Of a DNA stretch of 64,000 nucleotides, positions 1-11,178 are shown in pieces. The notes beneath the pieces are model-generated. The model had not been told where the DNA came from, did not search any database, and was given only the letters and a program-made list of their open reading frames with translations. This DNA is from Lama guanicoe (Eukaryota): the NCBI GenBank assembly GCA_013239625.1, contig MU054571.1, positions 1,185,699 through 1,249,698 of the forward strand, read 5' to 3'. The position numbers and the translations under genes were made by a program. How positions within the stretch are numbered: position 1 is the stretch's first letter; every line of letters begins with the position of its first letter.

Positions 1-209
1 TACCAAAGCTATCAGAGCTGTGAAAGGGGAGAGTTTCTCTATATAAAAAGATGCCACATAAATGCTTCAGAAACCTTCATTGCCCGCATTAAAATCAGCA
101 AAACTTACAGACGTCCATGGCTGTGTTGCTGTCTTGACTGTTTAGCTGAAGATGAAGAAAAAGAGGCAGCAAGAGAAAAGGAAATATGAGAAAGTCCAAG
201 TAAAATAAG

Positions 210-391
210 NNNNNNNNNNNNNNNNNNNNNNNNNNNNNNNNNNNNNNNNNNNNNNNNNNNNNNNNNNNNNNNNNNNNNNNNNNNNNNNNNNNNNNNNNNN
301 NNNNNNNNNNNNNNNNNNNNNNNNNNNNNNNNNNNNNNNNNNNNNNNNNNNNNNNNNNNNNNNNNNNNNNNNNNNNNNNNNNNNNNNNNNN
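210..391. other. Assembly gap (182 N)
   Basis: Run of N. Confidence 0.99.
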
Positions 392-1192
392 AAGGGGAGA
401 AGACTGACTCCTCACATCGTCCCTAAATACTCACCCGTCCCTCTGACAAACCAAAGAAGGTTGGGTGGTGTCTCAGGGAGTCAACTGTGTTGGTTATTTT
501 AAAAGCATCCATTCAGTACAGAGGCGAGGCTGAACTGTTTCTGCCTTATAGTCACCAGATCCAATTAAACACATGGATTCATCCACACTGGATGCAAGGG
601 TTAAACAGGGGAGGTGAGGAACCCGCCTGGCCTCTCCAGTCCAGGCATTTAATATCCGATGACCACATCCTTTTACGGAACAGGCCAGCCTCACTGCACT
701 TGTTGGGTGAAAATTCACTCTGTTCTGTCTTGATTCTCCATGAAAAGAGCCGCAGTGGAGAGTAAGCAGACTCCCCTGTGTGATGTTACACCTGCGGCCC
801 CTGGCGCTGTCTCTGAGCTGCTCAGCTGGGCTGATGCTGTGGGAGTGAAAGACAGACGACTTCATCCCGAAGGGAGTTTCCCAATGGAGGCAGCAAGTTC
901 CCAGAGGCTGGAAAGCTCAGTGGGTTGGAACTCCAGACTGAGAACAGGATGCAAAGGCAGAGCTGGGAAGGCCTGTGGTGCCAGGAATCAGGGTCTACCA
1001 CTGTGGCGGAGCCCGGGGAGCAGAGGGAAGGGCTATTGTCTCCAGAGCGATTCACTCCAAAGGCCATCACACCAATCACCTGGGCTGTGGGCTCCAGGCA
1101 GGGGTGAGGACCACAACACTGAATGCCAGCTAGCCCTTCTCAACCCTAAAGCATCCTCCAGCCCTCAGTTTCCTTCCTCCGCTGCAAAGCTC

Positions 1193-1193
<1 letters not shown>

Positions 1194-1237
<44 letters not shown>
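1194..1237. repeat. (AC)22 microsatellite
   Basis: Perfect AC dinucleotide run of 44 nt. Confidence 0.98.
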
Positions 1238-1239
<2 letters not shown>

Positions 1240-2254
1240 CTGAGAGCAGAAAGAACCTTAGGACGGTGTAGGTCAACACCTGAGTTTGAGGTGGGAGGTT
1301 AGGTGAGGTGCAGGTTCCCAGGGCAGCCTCTGTTCCTCCCATCACACTGCCTGACTCCACGTTCCAAACTGTCAGAGGTTCACAAGACATAGGCATTTGG
1401 CGGAAAACACACAGCATCCTTAGTAGCTCAGTTGGCACTCAAGAAACTAGAATAAATGACAAGTAGTTTGCACAGTCCACCAATAAGTACAAGATCTCAC
1501 ACGAGCCATCATCACAGAAGAGCATCCTCATCCCACACAGCAGCCCAGCCCTGGCTCCCGGAAGATGTCTTTGATTTGTATCCATAAGTGTCAAAAAGTT
1601 AACAGCAAAAACAAGCACCCCCAAACATGTAAAACTAATTTCTCACAAAACTCCACGACCTCAAGCCAAAACACAGACTTAAGGAAGGACAATAAAGCTG
1701 CCAAAGGACACACTGGTGACACATCTGATTACAGCCCCGTCTCCCAAACCACTTTGGCTCTGGGTTAGCTGCACTTCCGTCCACGTTGAGCGTTAAGTGG
1801 AGCTCAGGGTATTAGCTTGAAGGATTCAGTTCTAACGGTGTTAGTGACCATGAGACAGCAAACACGTCTCTTTGGATACATAATTCAAAATGTGCAAATG
1901 AACACTTGATGTGTTCAAGGCCACCAAGAATCTATGACACCACACCCCGTGTGTGTGCGCACACACCCAGGAGGGGGTGTGTATTTGTGGATTGGTGGGA
2001 GGGGTGGGGAAGCCACAGAAAAGTTTCCTCTGATTTAATAAGCCTCTGTTTCTTTGGAAAAGCACAGTGTCTTAAATGTTTCCTCTGTGATCCCAGCATC
2101 GCAAATAGACGAAATGTGTCAACAGGCAGAGATGCCCTGAGGTTCTCTGACCTGCATCAGCAGATGCGCAAAGTGCGCATCCACGTCCCTGGACCCACGC
2201 TGTCCCACCACAAGGCTGCTGCAGGCTGACCCTGATGACAATCATTCAAGCTAC

Positions 2255-2388
2255 AAGTTCAGTTCCTCAGCTGCACTAGCCCCATTTTTCAAGTGCTCAA
2301 CTGTCATCTGCGATTAGTGGTGACCCTTCAGAATAGCACCAACCAGAGAACATTTCCATCAACACAGAAAGTTCTACTGGTCAGTGAT
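2255..2388 (-). mobile_element. MER3-like hAT-Charlie DNA transposon fragment
   Basis: ttcagttcctcagctgcactagcc...tttcaagtgctcaa...gaacatttccatcaacacagaaagttctactgg is the reverse complement of the recalled MER3 left half. Confidence 0.75.
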
Positions 2389-3530
2389 GCCCAGACCCAT
2401 GGGCTGCACTGACCTTGTTTCCGGGGCCGGGTGGGTGACTACAGAGGGCTGGCTGGGGTCATGTGGCACTTCTAAGAGCCCGACTTTTATGCAAGTCATC
2501 AGAATGAGATTTTAGTCTTTCCAGAGGTGGATTTTGTTCTTAACTTTTGAGGAATCACAGTCCCTTTAAGAAAAATGCTGAAAGCAATGAACCTTCTCTA
2601 TCAAATGAGCTTTCAAAAAAGAAAAGGAATATTTTCCATATAGTTTTCGGGAGACGCTCTAACCTTCTAAAGTCTTTGATGTACCTGTTTCAAAACATTT
2701 GCTCACCAAAATCATCTCTTACAGCAGTCATCTGAAACACAACTTTCCCGCAATAACAATTTTGGCTTCACTCTCTCCTAAGTTATCTACCTATCAGTCT
2801 TTTTTTTTAATTTGAGCTCATTAATTATAGAAACCATCACCAACTCTCGTATTAGCCAGAGAGATGCTCTGCATACAACTGAGCTCAGAAAACCCTCCAT
2901 TAAAACACCAAGGTAACTTGCTGTCCTCAAACCTTAGAGCATCCTTTACCACCTGATAATAATTTTTATCTCGTGCTGCTGAATAAATTCTAATTTCCTC
3001 TTAATGAAATAATTATCTTGTGAAGGACAAATGTTGAAATGCTTAGAACCCCATGAACCAAGAATGCTCTTTCCAACTTGTGCAAAATTAAATGTAAAAA
3101 TCATTCTAACATACAATGTGGACCAGAAGGCAGCTAAGGTACAAGTTTGTGCAAAATCAGCTTCACCTGGTGGTAGCAGTGACAGATGAGTGATCTTCAA
3201 AAGGAAAATGCACAGATTCCAGAGTTTCTGTGGTGAGATGGCTTCTCTCTCAGTACAATTCTTATACTTCATCTGATACCTAAGCTCTTTCTAAACTCAC
3301 TTCAAAGTCTTCAAGTAAAAGGACCTTTATTTTTTAAATTTTTGCTGAATTTAATAAAAAGTTTTCAGAGACACAAAGTCTGAAAGTAAGAAAGCAAGTT
3401 GATGTATTTCTGGAACATTCTGGTTGAATGATAGCAATGCCCACCTTCGCCTCAGCAATGAATCAACATTTTATACATAGCACTTTATGACAGTGGCGAG
3501 AACATAGGTTAAAAAAAAGTAAGGAGAAGG

Positions 3531-3660
3531 GGGGAGGGTATAGCTCCATGGTAGGGCACAGTGCTCAGCATGCACGAGGTCCTGGGTTCAATCCCCAGCA
3601 CCTCCACTAAAAATAAATAAATAAACCTAATTACCTCCCCACCACCAAAAAACCCCACAA
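3531..3660 (+). mobile_element. Camelid tRNA-Ala-derived SINE (Vic-1-like)
   Basis: ggggagggtatagctc...gcatgcacgaggtcctgggttcaatccccagcacctcca head (tRNA-Ala AGC-like A/B boxes), (AAAT)n, aaacctaattacctcccc tail. Confidence 0.9.
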
Positions 3661-4519
3661 AAATAACAATAATAAACACAAAATGATGTTTTTACAAAAT
3701 TAGGGAGAGAGAGAGAGAGGCAGCTGAACTGTATTTTCCAAAACTGAATCTTTTTTAAAAAGCTTATGAACTTTATCAGCATAAATTACAGGGGAAGAGA
3801 TAATTTCAGAAGATAGGAAATGCAAACAGCTGGCAGATCAGAAACAAGCACCCCCTCTGGGTTAGAGACCAGGTATTTTACATTCCGTCACATACATACT
3901 TGAAGAAGACAGTAAGTTTGATGGCGAAGAGACTCTGGGTACTTGAGTCCGAGTCCATCAGAACTTAAGTTCCAGGGTTTCGTTTTTTCACTGTTCTTTC
4001 CCCCACGCTGATACCAGACCCTGGCACACAGTAAGTGCTCAGAAAATCACTGTGGACAGAGAAAAAGCACAGCCTACTCCTGTCATGAACAGGAAAACTG
4101 GGTCTTGGGCAACCCTCCTGGACTTGGCTGTGACCACCCTGGGGTTTCACAACAGGAGAAAAAAAGCAAAAAGCCCTAAAGAAGATAAGAGTAAGTCAAG
4201 TTTGAGAAAAGACGATTTATGTACTGAAATGAACACAAGAGAAACTACCAGAGCTTAATCTGCAAAGATGATAAGATGTTCCGGAAACAAGGGACTGAAG
4301 ACAAAGAACGGTGGTCAGGCCAACCGAGGAGGAAGCAACAGGCTGCATATCTCAGGAGAAGCAAGCACAGTGAGAAGACACTTTACATCTCTATGAATCC
4401 TCACTCCAGATATTTCCAGCTGGTTCCTGCTCTCCCATCTTGAACCACTGCCTTCCAGATGCAGGGTCTCCTTTCCAGGGAAGCCCAGAATATGTTCAAG
4501 CTCTGAAATCTTTGGAATA

Positions 4520-4640
4520 TAGAATCCAAATAAGTAGAAGGGGCCTTAGAAATCCTCCAGTCCAGCGCTCATTTTATTGCATGAGGCTTAGCAAGGTTAA
4601 GAACTTACCCAAGGTCACACAGATGGTTATTAACTAAGAC
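4520..4640 (-). mobile_element. MIR/MIR3 SINE relic
   Basis: ggttaagaacttacccaaggtcacacag matches the MIR core in reverse. Confidence 0.7.
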
Positions 4641-5835
4641 CAAGGCTGCCCCCACTCCCTCCGCCATTGCCCCAAACACTCCTCCAGGTCACACAACTTC
4701 AAGGTCCAAATGAGATTTTTAATTCCTCCATTCAGAGCAGGGAAAAACCATCCCCCGGGGCTCTGGGAGGTGGGTGGAGGGTGGGGAGAGTGCCAGGCAT
4801 GTTTGCTGTCATTGCTGTCATGAGCTTTCCTCCCATTTGGTCCGCACTCCACTTTCTTCCCGCAGCTCACTTCTGAAATGTTTAAGAACGGTTAGCTGCC
4901 CCACAAGCTCTCTGAAGCCTCTGGAGAGGAGAACTGATACAAATCCAAATAAATCAATTCTACCTCAATGGGCGGATCCTGGGCTGGAAAACGTCACCAC
5001 AATAGCTATCTAGTCACAGAATTTTAAAATATTCAACACTTTCCATAAAAAATGTATGGAATAATAAAGCCAAAGGATTATGGGTGTGTGGCTTAAACGA
5101 ACATCTGGTGGAAATTAAGTCTACAGGCATGGTCTGGAGAACCAGCTACTTTTTAAACGACTTGTACCCTCTTTTTTTCTTCTAATCTGGCTCAACGCCA
5201 TGGGGTCATGAGCTGTGTTGGGTATCCGTAGCAGGACTTGCAAAGGAGTAACAGACATTCGCAAGTCATTTGTCTTTGGGTTGCATAATGGCAACACTTA
5301 AAGGAATGAAGGAACCGGCAGAATAAACAAATGTAGCTGAATTTGTGAGCATCCTAGCAGGTGGCAAACTGAAACACCGGCTTAAATTCAAAATGTCCTT
5401 TTCTAAGACAATCGGTACACAAAGGCAGGGCTAAAACATTCAAAGGTTATTTTACCTTTCATAACCGATTTCTTAATTCAATATAGTTTAATCTACTGAA
5501 AAACCAACTGCTTTCCTATTTGGGTTTTGGCTGGGGTGGCTTGTTTGTTCTTGTTGAGTGTGTAACATATGGGCAAGCAGAACATGTGTATATTCAAAAT
5601 TTGGGGTTAAACGGAGCAAAATTAGAATCCGTATTTTCAGAATATATAAAAAGACCTGGGCTTAAAATATTTAAAGTATTCTAAATCTTAAAAATCTAAA
5701 AATACCAATATGATTTTTCTGTTCAAAGACCATATCTGTCTGAGCTGAATATATCTGCCAACTTTCCATACTCAGAACATAATTGAAAATTCAGAAAGAA
5801 ACAAGAAGGTTCTGATTAACCAAAACACAGTTCAG

Positions 5836-6479
5836 CCCTCCTACACTGTTGGTGGGAATATAAACTGGTGCAGCCATGATGGAAAACAGCATGGAGATTC
5901 TGCCAAAGAAAAATTGAGAATAGACATACCATCTGATCCAGCCATCCCATTTCCAAGTACTCACTCAAAGAATATAAAAACACTAATTATAATATATGCA
6001 CCCCACTGTTCACTGCAGACTTATTTACAATAGCCAAGGAAATCACCTAAGTGCCCATCAATGAATGGATGGAGAAAGAAAATATGGTACATATACACCA
6101 TGCGGTAGTACTCAGCCACAAACAAGAATAAAATCTTGCCACACGTGACGACACAGATGGACGTTGAGGGTATTATACTTCGTGAAATAAGTCAGATGGA
6201 GAAAGACAAATACTGTATGATTTCACTCAGATATGGAAGATAAAGAACAAAGGAATGAATATGTCACGTCAAACAAACAAAAACCAACACAAAGATCAGC
6301 GTAGTGGTTACCAGAGGGGATGGGCTGGGGAGGAGGAAGAAGTGGGCAAAGGGGATGGAAACTAAATTTTTGGTGGTGAGCACGCTGTAGGGGACACAGA
6401 AGTAGAAATGGTTGTGCACGTGAAGCTTACAAAATGTTATAAACCAATGTTACCTCAATAAAAAAATAAATTAAAAAAA
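5836..6479 (+). mobile_element. L1 3' fragment (ORF2 end plus 3'UTR, polyA)
   Basis: cctacactgttggtgggaatataaactggtgcagcc...atttacaatagccaag...gaaataagtcag...aataaaa and A-rich tail. Confidence 0.93.
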
Positions 6480-7420
6480 CAGTTCATAAATTATAGGTGC
6501 ATTGTTTATAAAAAGCCCTCTGGGTCTTACTCAGAAACCAGTGGTTCTGTTTAACGCATAATTCCATCAACACTGGTTATAAAGGATGCAGACCTTAACA
6601 CAGCTAATTAGCAGTTAACAGCTTCTCATTAAGAAGAGAAAATAAGCTATAAAGCCCAAATGCATATCTTTCACCTGCAATGGGCAGGTCATGTAATTCA
6701 CCACATGAAGAGCAGCTCAGGAACGTTCATCCCAATGTGGACCCTGAGACGGTGGGCTGTGTCAATGAAGGGACTGAATAGGACTTGGGAAGTAAAGGCA
6801 GCAAGACCCCGAGGACACAGCCGTCTGGACGTCGGTGCAGAGGCTGGAGCCTGGCAAGTCGACTACACCTGAGAGGGGACCCTGATAAAGAGGTGCTCAG
6901 AGGTAAAACTCAGCAAGGTCATAGCACCCAGGAGGTCGGGGGTCAGGAAGGTCTCAGAGGGAGAAGGAGCTCCCGGGGAGCTGAGGGTGTGCCGGGCTGA
7001 GTGGGCGGTGAAAGACACAAGGGACAGCCTGAGGTCAAGGACAGCTTTATTTAGGATGCGGGAACCTGGAGTGTGTTTTCCATATGAGGAGGAGGGGACA
7101 GGAGAGACGCAGAAATTGGAAATAAGAGAAGTAGGGGCAACCATGTAGGCAAAGCTTTGGGGAGGGGGAGATGGCATGAAAACCAGAGCGGAAAGGAGCC
7201 ATTTCCTTCCTGGGAAACCTTCAAATCCCGACCCAACCTGCTGCTTCCACTGAGGCGGGAAGCCCCATAAAAAGACCGGCAGGACCCCTAGGCAGGGCCG
7301 CTGCTCTCCTCTTAGCACCGTCTTGGTCTCTCGCCCGGATCCAGGTTGCTGTCACAACTGAGCTGTAACACATTTTTCCACAACACCATCTTGGTGGTTC
7401 CACCATGGAGCAGTTTAAAG

Positions 7421-7561
7421 CAGTGCTACTCAAAGTCGGTCCGTGGACCAAGAGGCATCAGGGTCACCTGGGGTCTTGTTTGCTGATTCGCTAGCCCTCC
7501 CCTAGGCCTCCTGAGTTAACAAGATTGCAGATGATGCCCTATTAAAGTTTGAGACGTGCTG
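7421..7561 (+). mobile_element. MER5-type hAT-Charlie MITE with 8-bp TSD
   Basis: cagtgctactcaaagt...aaagtttgagacgtgctg termini; flanked by identical GTTTAAAG at 7413-7420 and 7562-7569. Confidence 0.88.
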
Positions 7562-7574
7562 GTTTAAAGTGGGG

Positions 7575-7790
7575 GTTATGAACGTACGCATTTAAGTCAG
7601 GTATCTCTGGGCTCAAATCCAGCTCAACCCAGACCCCATGGTGTGTGCCCTTGGGCCAGCCTCCCTAAGCCTCAGGGGTTTTCCTCTGTAGGGTGAAGAT
7701 AAAGACAGATTTCTCTAGGGCCACTGTAAAAATTCAATGAGGTGATGTCGGGGCAGAGGGTAGCTGTGAGCCTGGCACACACTAATGATG
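7575..7790 (+). mobile_element. MIR SINE relic
   Basis: ctgggctcaaatccagctc...tgtgtgcccttgggc...agcctcag...ttcctctgta...gcctggcacac. Confidence 0.75.
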
Positions 7791-7839
7791 GACGGCATGC
7801 TGTTTTGGTTCATCCCTCTCACCCTACTTGGATAACAGT

Positions 7840-7950
7840 TTTGTTACGTCCATCTGACCCCCTGTGAGGAATGAGCTCACCAAAGACAGGGAACACGTTT
7901 CCATTCATTCCCCGGCATCCAACCCCGAGATTTGCACGCAGGTGTCCGAT
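7840..7950 (+). mobile_element. L2 3' end fragment
   Basis: tgagctcaccaaagacagggaac...cattccccggcatcc resembles the L2 3' terminus. Confidence 0.5.
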
Positions 7951-10602
7951 CTTGAGGGGAAACACAATACACATGGGATAAAATGAACCCAGCGCTGTGA
8001 CAGGGGTAAGTCAACTATCCCACAGCAAACAGTAAAGCTCTTTCTTTGACTCTGTTTACACTAAGCGCTGATTAGAAACAGCTTATGAACTCGCTTGGGA
8101 TTAAAGGATCAACTTTCAGAAGAGAATGAGCAAGTTCCAAGATGAAATACAGTCCACTTTCAAAACCTTCTGCATCAGGGCGTGTCCGTAAAAACCGGGC
8201 GACAGAGATCTCTCTGAAGCCACACCCAGGTACTGCGCCCCATTCCGAGGTCAGCAGTGCAGACCACCCCAAGACGTTTCACCTGAAGGATGAAACTTAC
8301 TGCTTCTGCTCGGGAAAAGCACATAAGTCAGATCACACCACCAGCTGAGTCTCTTTATTGTCGGCCAGGCTCCAATAATGAAGTGACTTGACTGCATCAC
8401 ATGCACCTTAATTTCCTGTGCTGGCAAAGGCGCACAGACGGAAACCCCAGCAGGCATGGGACAGAAAGACACGTCTTTCTGCTTGCGTTACTAGATACAG
8501 AAGAACAGCCCCAGAACTTACAGCACAGAACACCCACTTCTGTCGCAAACAAGGTAACAAAGGCAAATATATTTTGTGGAGCACTGTTAATTTTTGATCC
8601 AGAGAATCCATAGGTCATTTCAATGGATTTGACTATCAACTCACATCTAGAGAACACCCACTGGGCGGTCGGCACTGGGCTAGATCCTGGGATGGCAAAG
8701 GGGCTGGGACCCAGGTGCCTTGCTGGGCACCCCCTACAGAGGAAGGGAGTACCTTTTGGGCAAAAGGACCAATTAAGGGCAATGCAGTCATCCAGATAAG
8801 GGGCAGGAAGGCTCAGGAGGAGGCCAGAGGCAAAAGCATCACTTCAGAGACTGATCTAGCATCTCTGGGGACCTACGAGGAGAGGAGTCAAGGGTGGCAA
8901 TGCAGCTTCTGGTTCAGAGTTAAAATACAATGAAGCCTGGAATTGCAGGGAAGTTCCAGCTGGGGGAATTCTCCTGGTTACAGGGGGGCCCCCTGAGAAC
9001 AGTGTGTTAATACAAAATTGCAACAAGTGTCCTAAAAGCCCAGGCAGCCCTAGAATGAGAAGCTGACTTCCTTTGTATCCCAGCAACGAAGAGGGTCACT
9101 CCCCACAGTGACCTTGAAGCTGCAGCTCTCCCAGCATCCTTGCAAAAGCCAACGGCCCTTTTCTTTGGATACAGTTTCTGAATTGCAAATTTTTAAATGC
9201 CCTCAGGTGTTGCCAAAGAGGCTCATTCTGCATTGAAATTTAAAATCTTGCAGGGGTGTGGTTACCAAGAAACAGTGGGTCCCAAAAGATTATGTGTGTG
9301 TGTTGGGCAGGAAGTAACAGAAGCGCATGCTTTGATGAAATCTGAGGTTTGAGTCTCTTGGCACCAGAGGCTGCTGAGGGGTAATCAGCCCGCTCCTGAG
9401 GAGGACACACGAGGGGCAACCCACCTCTGCCGTCAGTGCCACCTTCTCGCCTCTCAGAGGAGAGACAAGGATGATCACCCCCGGCAGGATACCCACTGCT
9501 TGGCTTTCCTACCAGCTCTCCGGGGTTGGTGAGAAGAGGCAGCTCAAATATACGTGTACATACAATCTGCTCCTTGCTGCCTCTCCCTACGATGAAGGAA
9601 TCGCTCCCACACCCGGCAGCTTTTCTCAGCAGAGGACACCACCAGCACTTGGGCTCTACCACCTGGGACTGCCCCGCATTTCAGGGCATTTAAAATTTCA
9701 GCCACATCGCCCCAAACACCGGCAGTAGTTACTGCGAAAACCAGAAGCACCCCAAGCATTTCCAAACGGCCCCCGGGTTGTGGCACTACGTCTGGTTGAG
9801 AACCACGGCGGTGTTCCCCGATGAAGTCCATCTCTATAAATACTCTGTTTTCTCCCTGATAAAAATAATTACTGCCCCTACTGGTCCATCTGTTACGGCT
9901 TTCTTTTCTCTCTTTTTTTTTTTTTAGCACAAGGAAATCACCAAGCTAAGTGACAGAGACCACACTCTTGGGCTTTACAAGATGAATCCAGCATTATTTT
10001 CTTAGAGAATTAAAAAAATGGAAATACAGCCCTGAATCTAGACACCAAAGCAAGATTTTTAAAAAATAAATTCTGGAACATCGTAAGTTCTAGATGTCAG
10101 CTTCAAGGATCGGAATTCCAAGGCCAAGAACCCTCAAAACAAAGATCATAGAAAAGGGTCATTGGTGATGTATATTTCCATGTGTATTAATAGTAGGAGT
10201 GAAAAAAAAACCTTGCCGTTTGGAGCCCCACCCCATCCTTGTGATACAGTTATTGAAGTACTCCGTATTGTGAATACGCTTTTAATTCCAAGGCTTCGTG
10301 TGCTAACAGTCAGACAGGAGTACCTACTAGATTCTGTTAACCAAACCATTAGTATCAACTTCTCTGTACCATTAAAGTAAGTTATTGTTTTTAAGGAAGA
10401 AAACCCAATCATTCCAAAATCAAAAGACATCCCCAAGGGTACCTACAGGAGTGACTGCAATAATCAGCACATGATGGCAGGAACATTCCAGGACTTGAAG
10501 TCAACAACTCTTTGAGAAGCATGCTCAGAAAGATGGCATTTAAAAAATAAATAACTAAAACCCGCAACTACATTTAGATTTATAGGAAGATTTTTCACTT
10601 AC

Positions 10603-10629
10603 TTTGATTTCTGTATAATCCTTGTTCCT
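10603..10629 (-). other. Candidate 27-nt frame-preserving exon of an unidentified minus-strand host gene
   Basis: Minus strand reads tgattttccccctctttaacttag|AGGAACAAGGATTATACAGAAATCAAA|gtaagt; polypyrimidine acceptor, consensus donor, no stop in any frame (RNKDYTEIK / EQGLYRNQ / GTRIIQKS). Confidence 0.4.
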
Positions 10630-11168
10630 CTAAGTTAAAGAGGGGGAAAATCACACTGTAATTCCTTATTTTTCTAATTAAAAAATAAACCAAAACACGT
10701 TCTATCCTCTACTTCGGCTTTGGATGTCCTCCAGTATTCTCTTTGCGTCTCCTTTTCTGTGAACACTACTTTCAAATTCTAAACAAAACGTACACTATCA
10801 AAAGTGAGCCCAAGGGACACTGTAAACAATCAAATATCACAACGCAAACAAGGCAACTGCATCTATCAGAAATGATGATTCAGACGAGGATAAATTTAGA
10901 ATGGTGCTTTCCAAACGGCGTTGGGGCACCAAATGCAGGAAGCAGGTGAAGGCTACATCCCGAAAGGTTCTCTGAAAAAGGATCTCCAAAATATCAAGAA
11001 AAGTCTTCTTTCTGAAGATGTCGGTCCCCTGCTGTCTTTGATGCTGAACTTCTGCAATCTGGCCTTGGTGTGGCCATCCATCCCCGGGTAAATCCAAGTA
11101 AAACCTGAGACACTTCAGCCTCTGAGGACGCTGTCCGAAGCAGTGAAAGCAACTTCACATGGGACGGG

Positions 11169-11178
11169 CCTTTTATGG
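11169..11178. promoter_or_regulatory. Perfect CArG box (SRF motif) CCTTTTATGG
   Basis: CC(A/T)6GG consensus in repeat-free DNA; E-box CAGCTG at 11247-11252; motif only. Confidence 0.35.

Noticed and set aside
435-442. 8-nt minus-strand microexon (ttctttggtttgtcag|AGGGACGG|gtgagt)
   Set aside because: Splice signals look good, but 8 nt shifts frame and such pairs arise by chance in 64 kb; no other support
1951-1966. Perfect palindrome GTGTGTGCGCACACAC
   Set aside because: Common product of abutting GT/AC microsatellites
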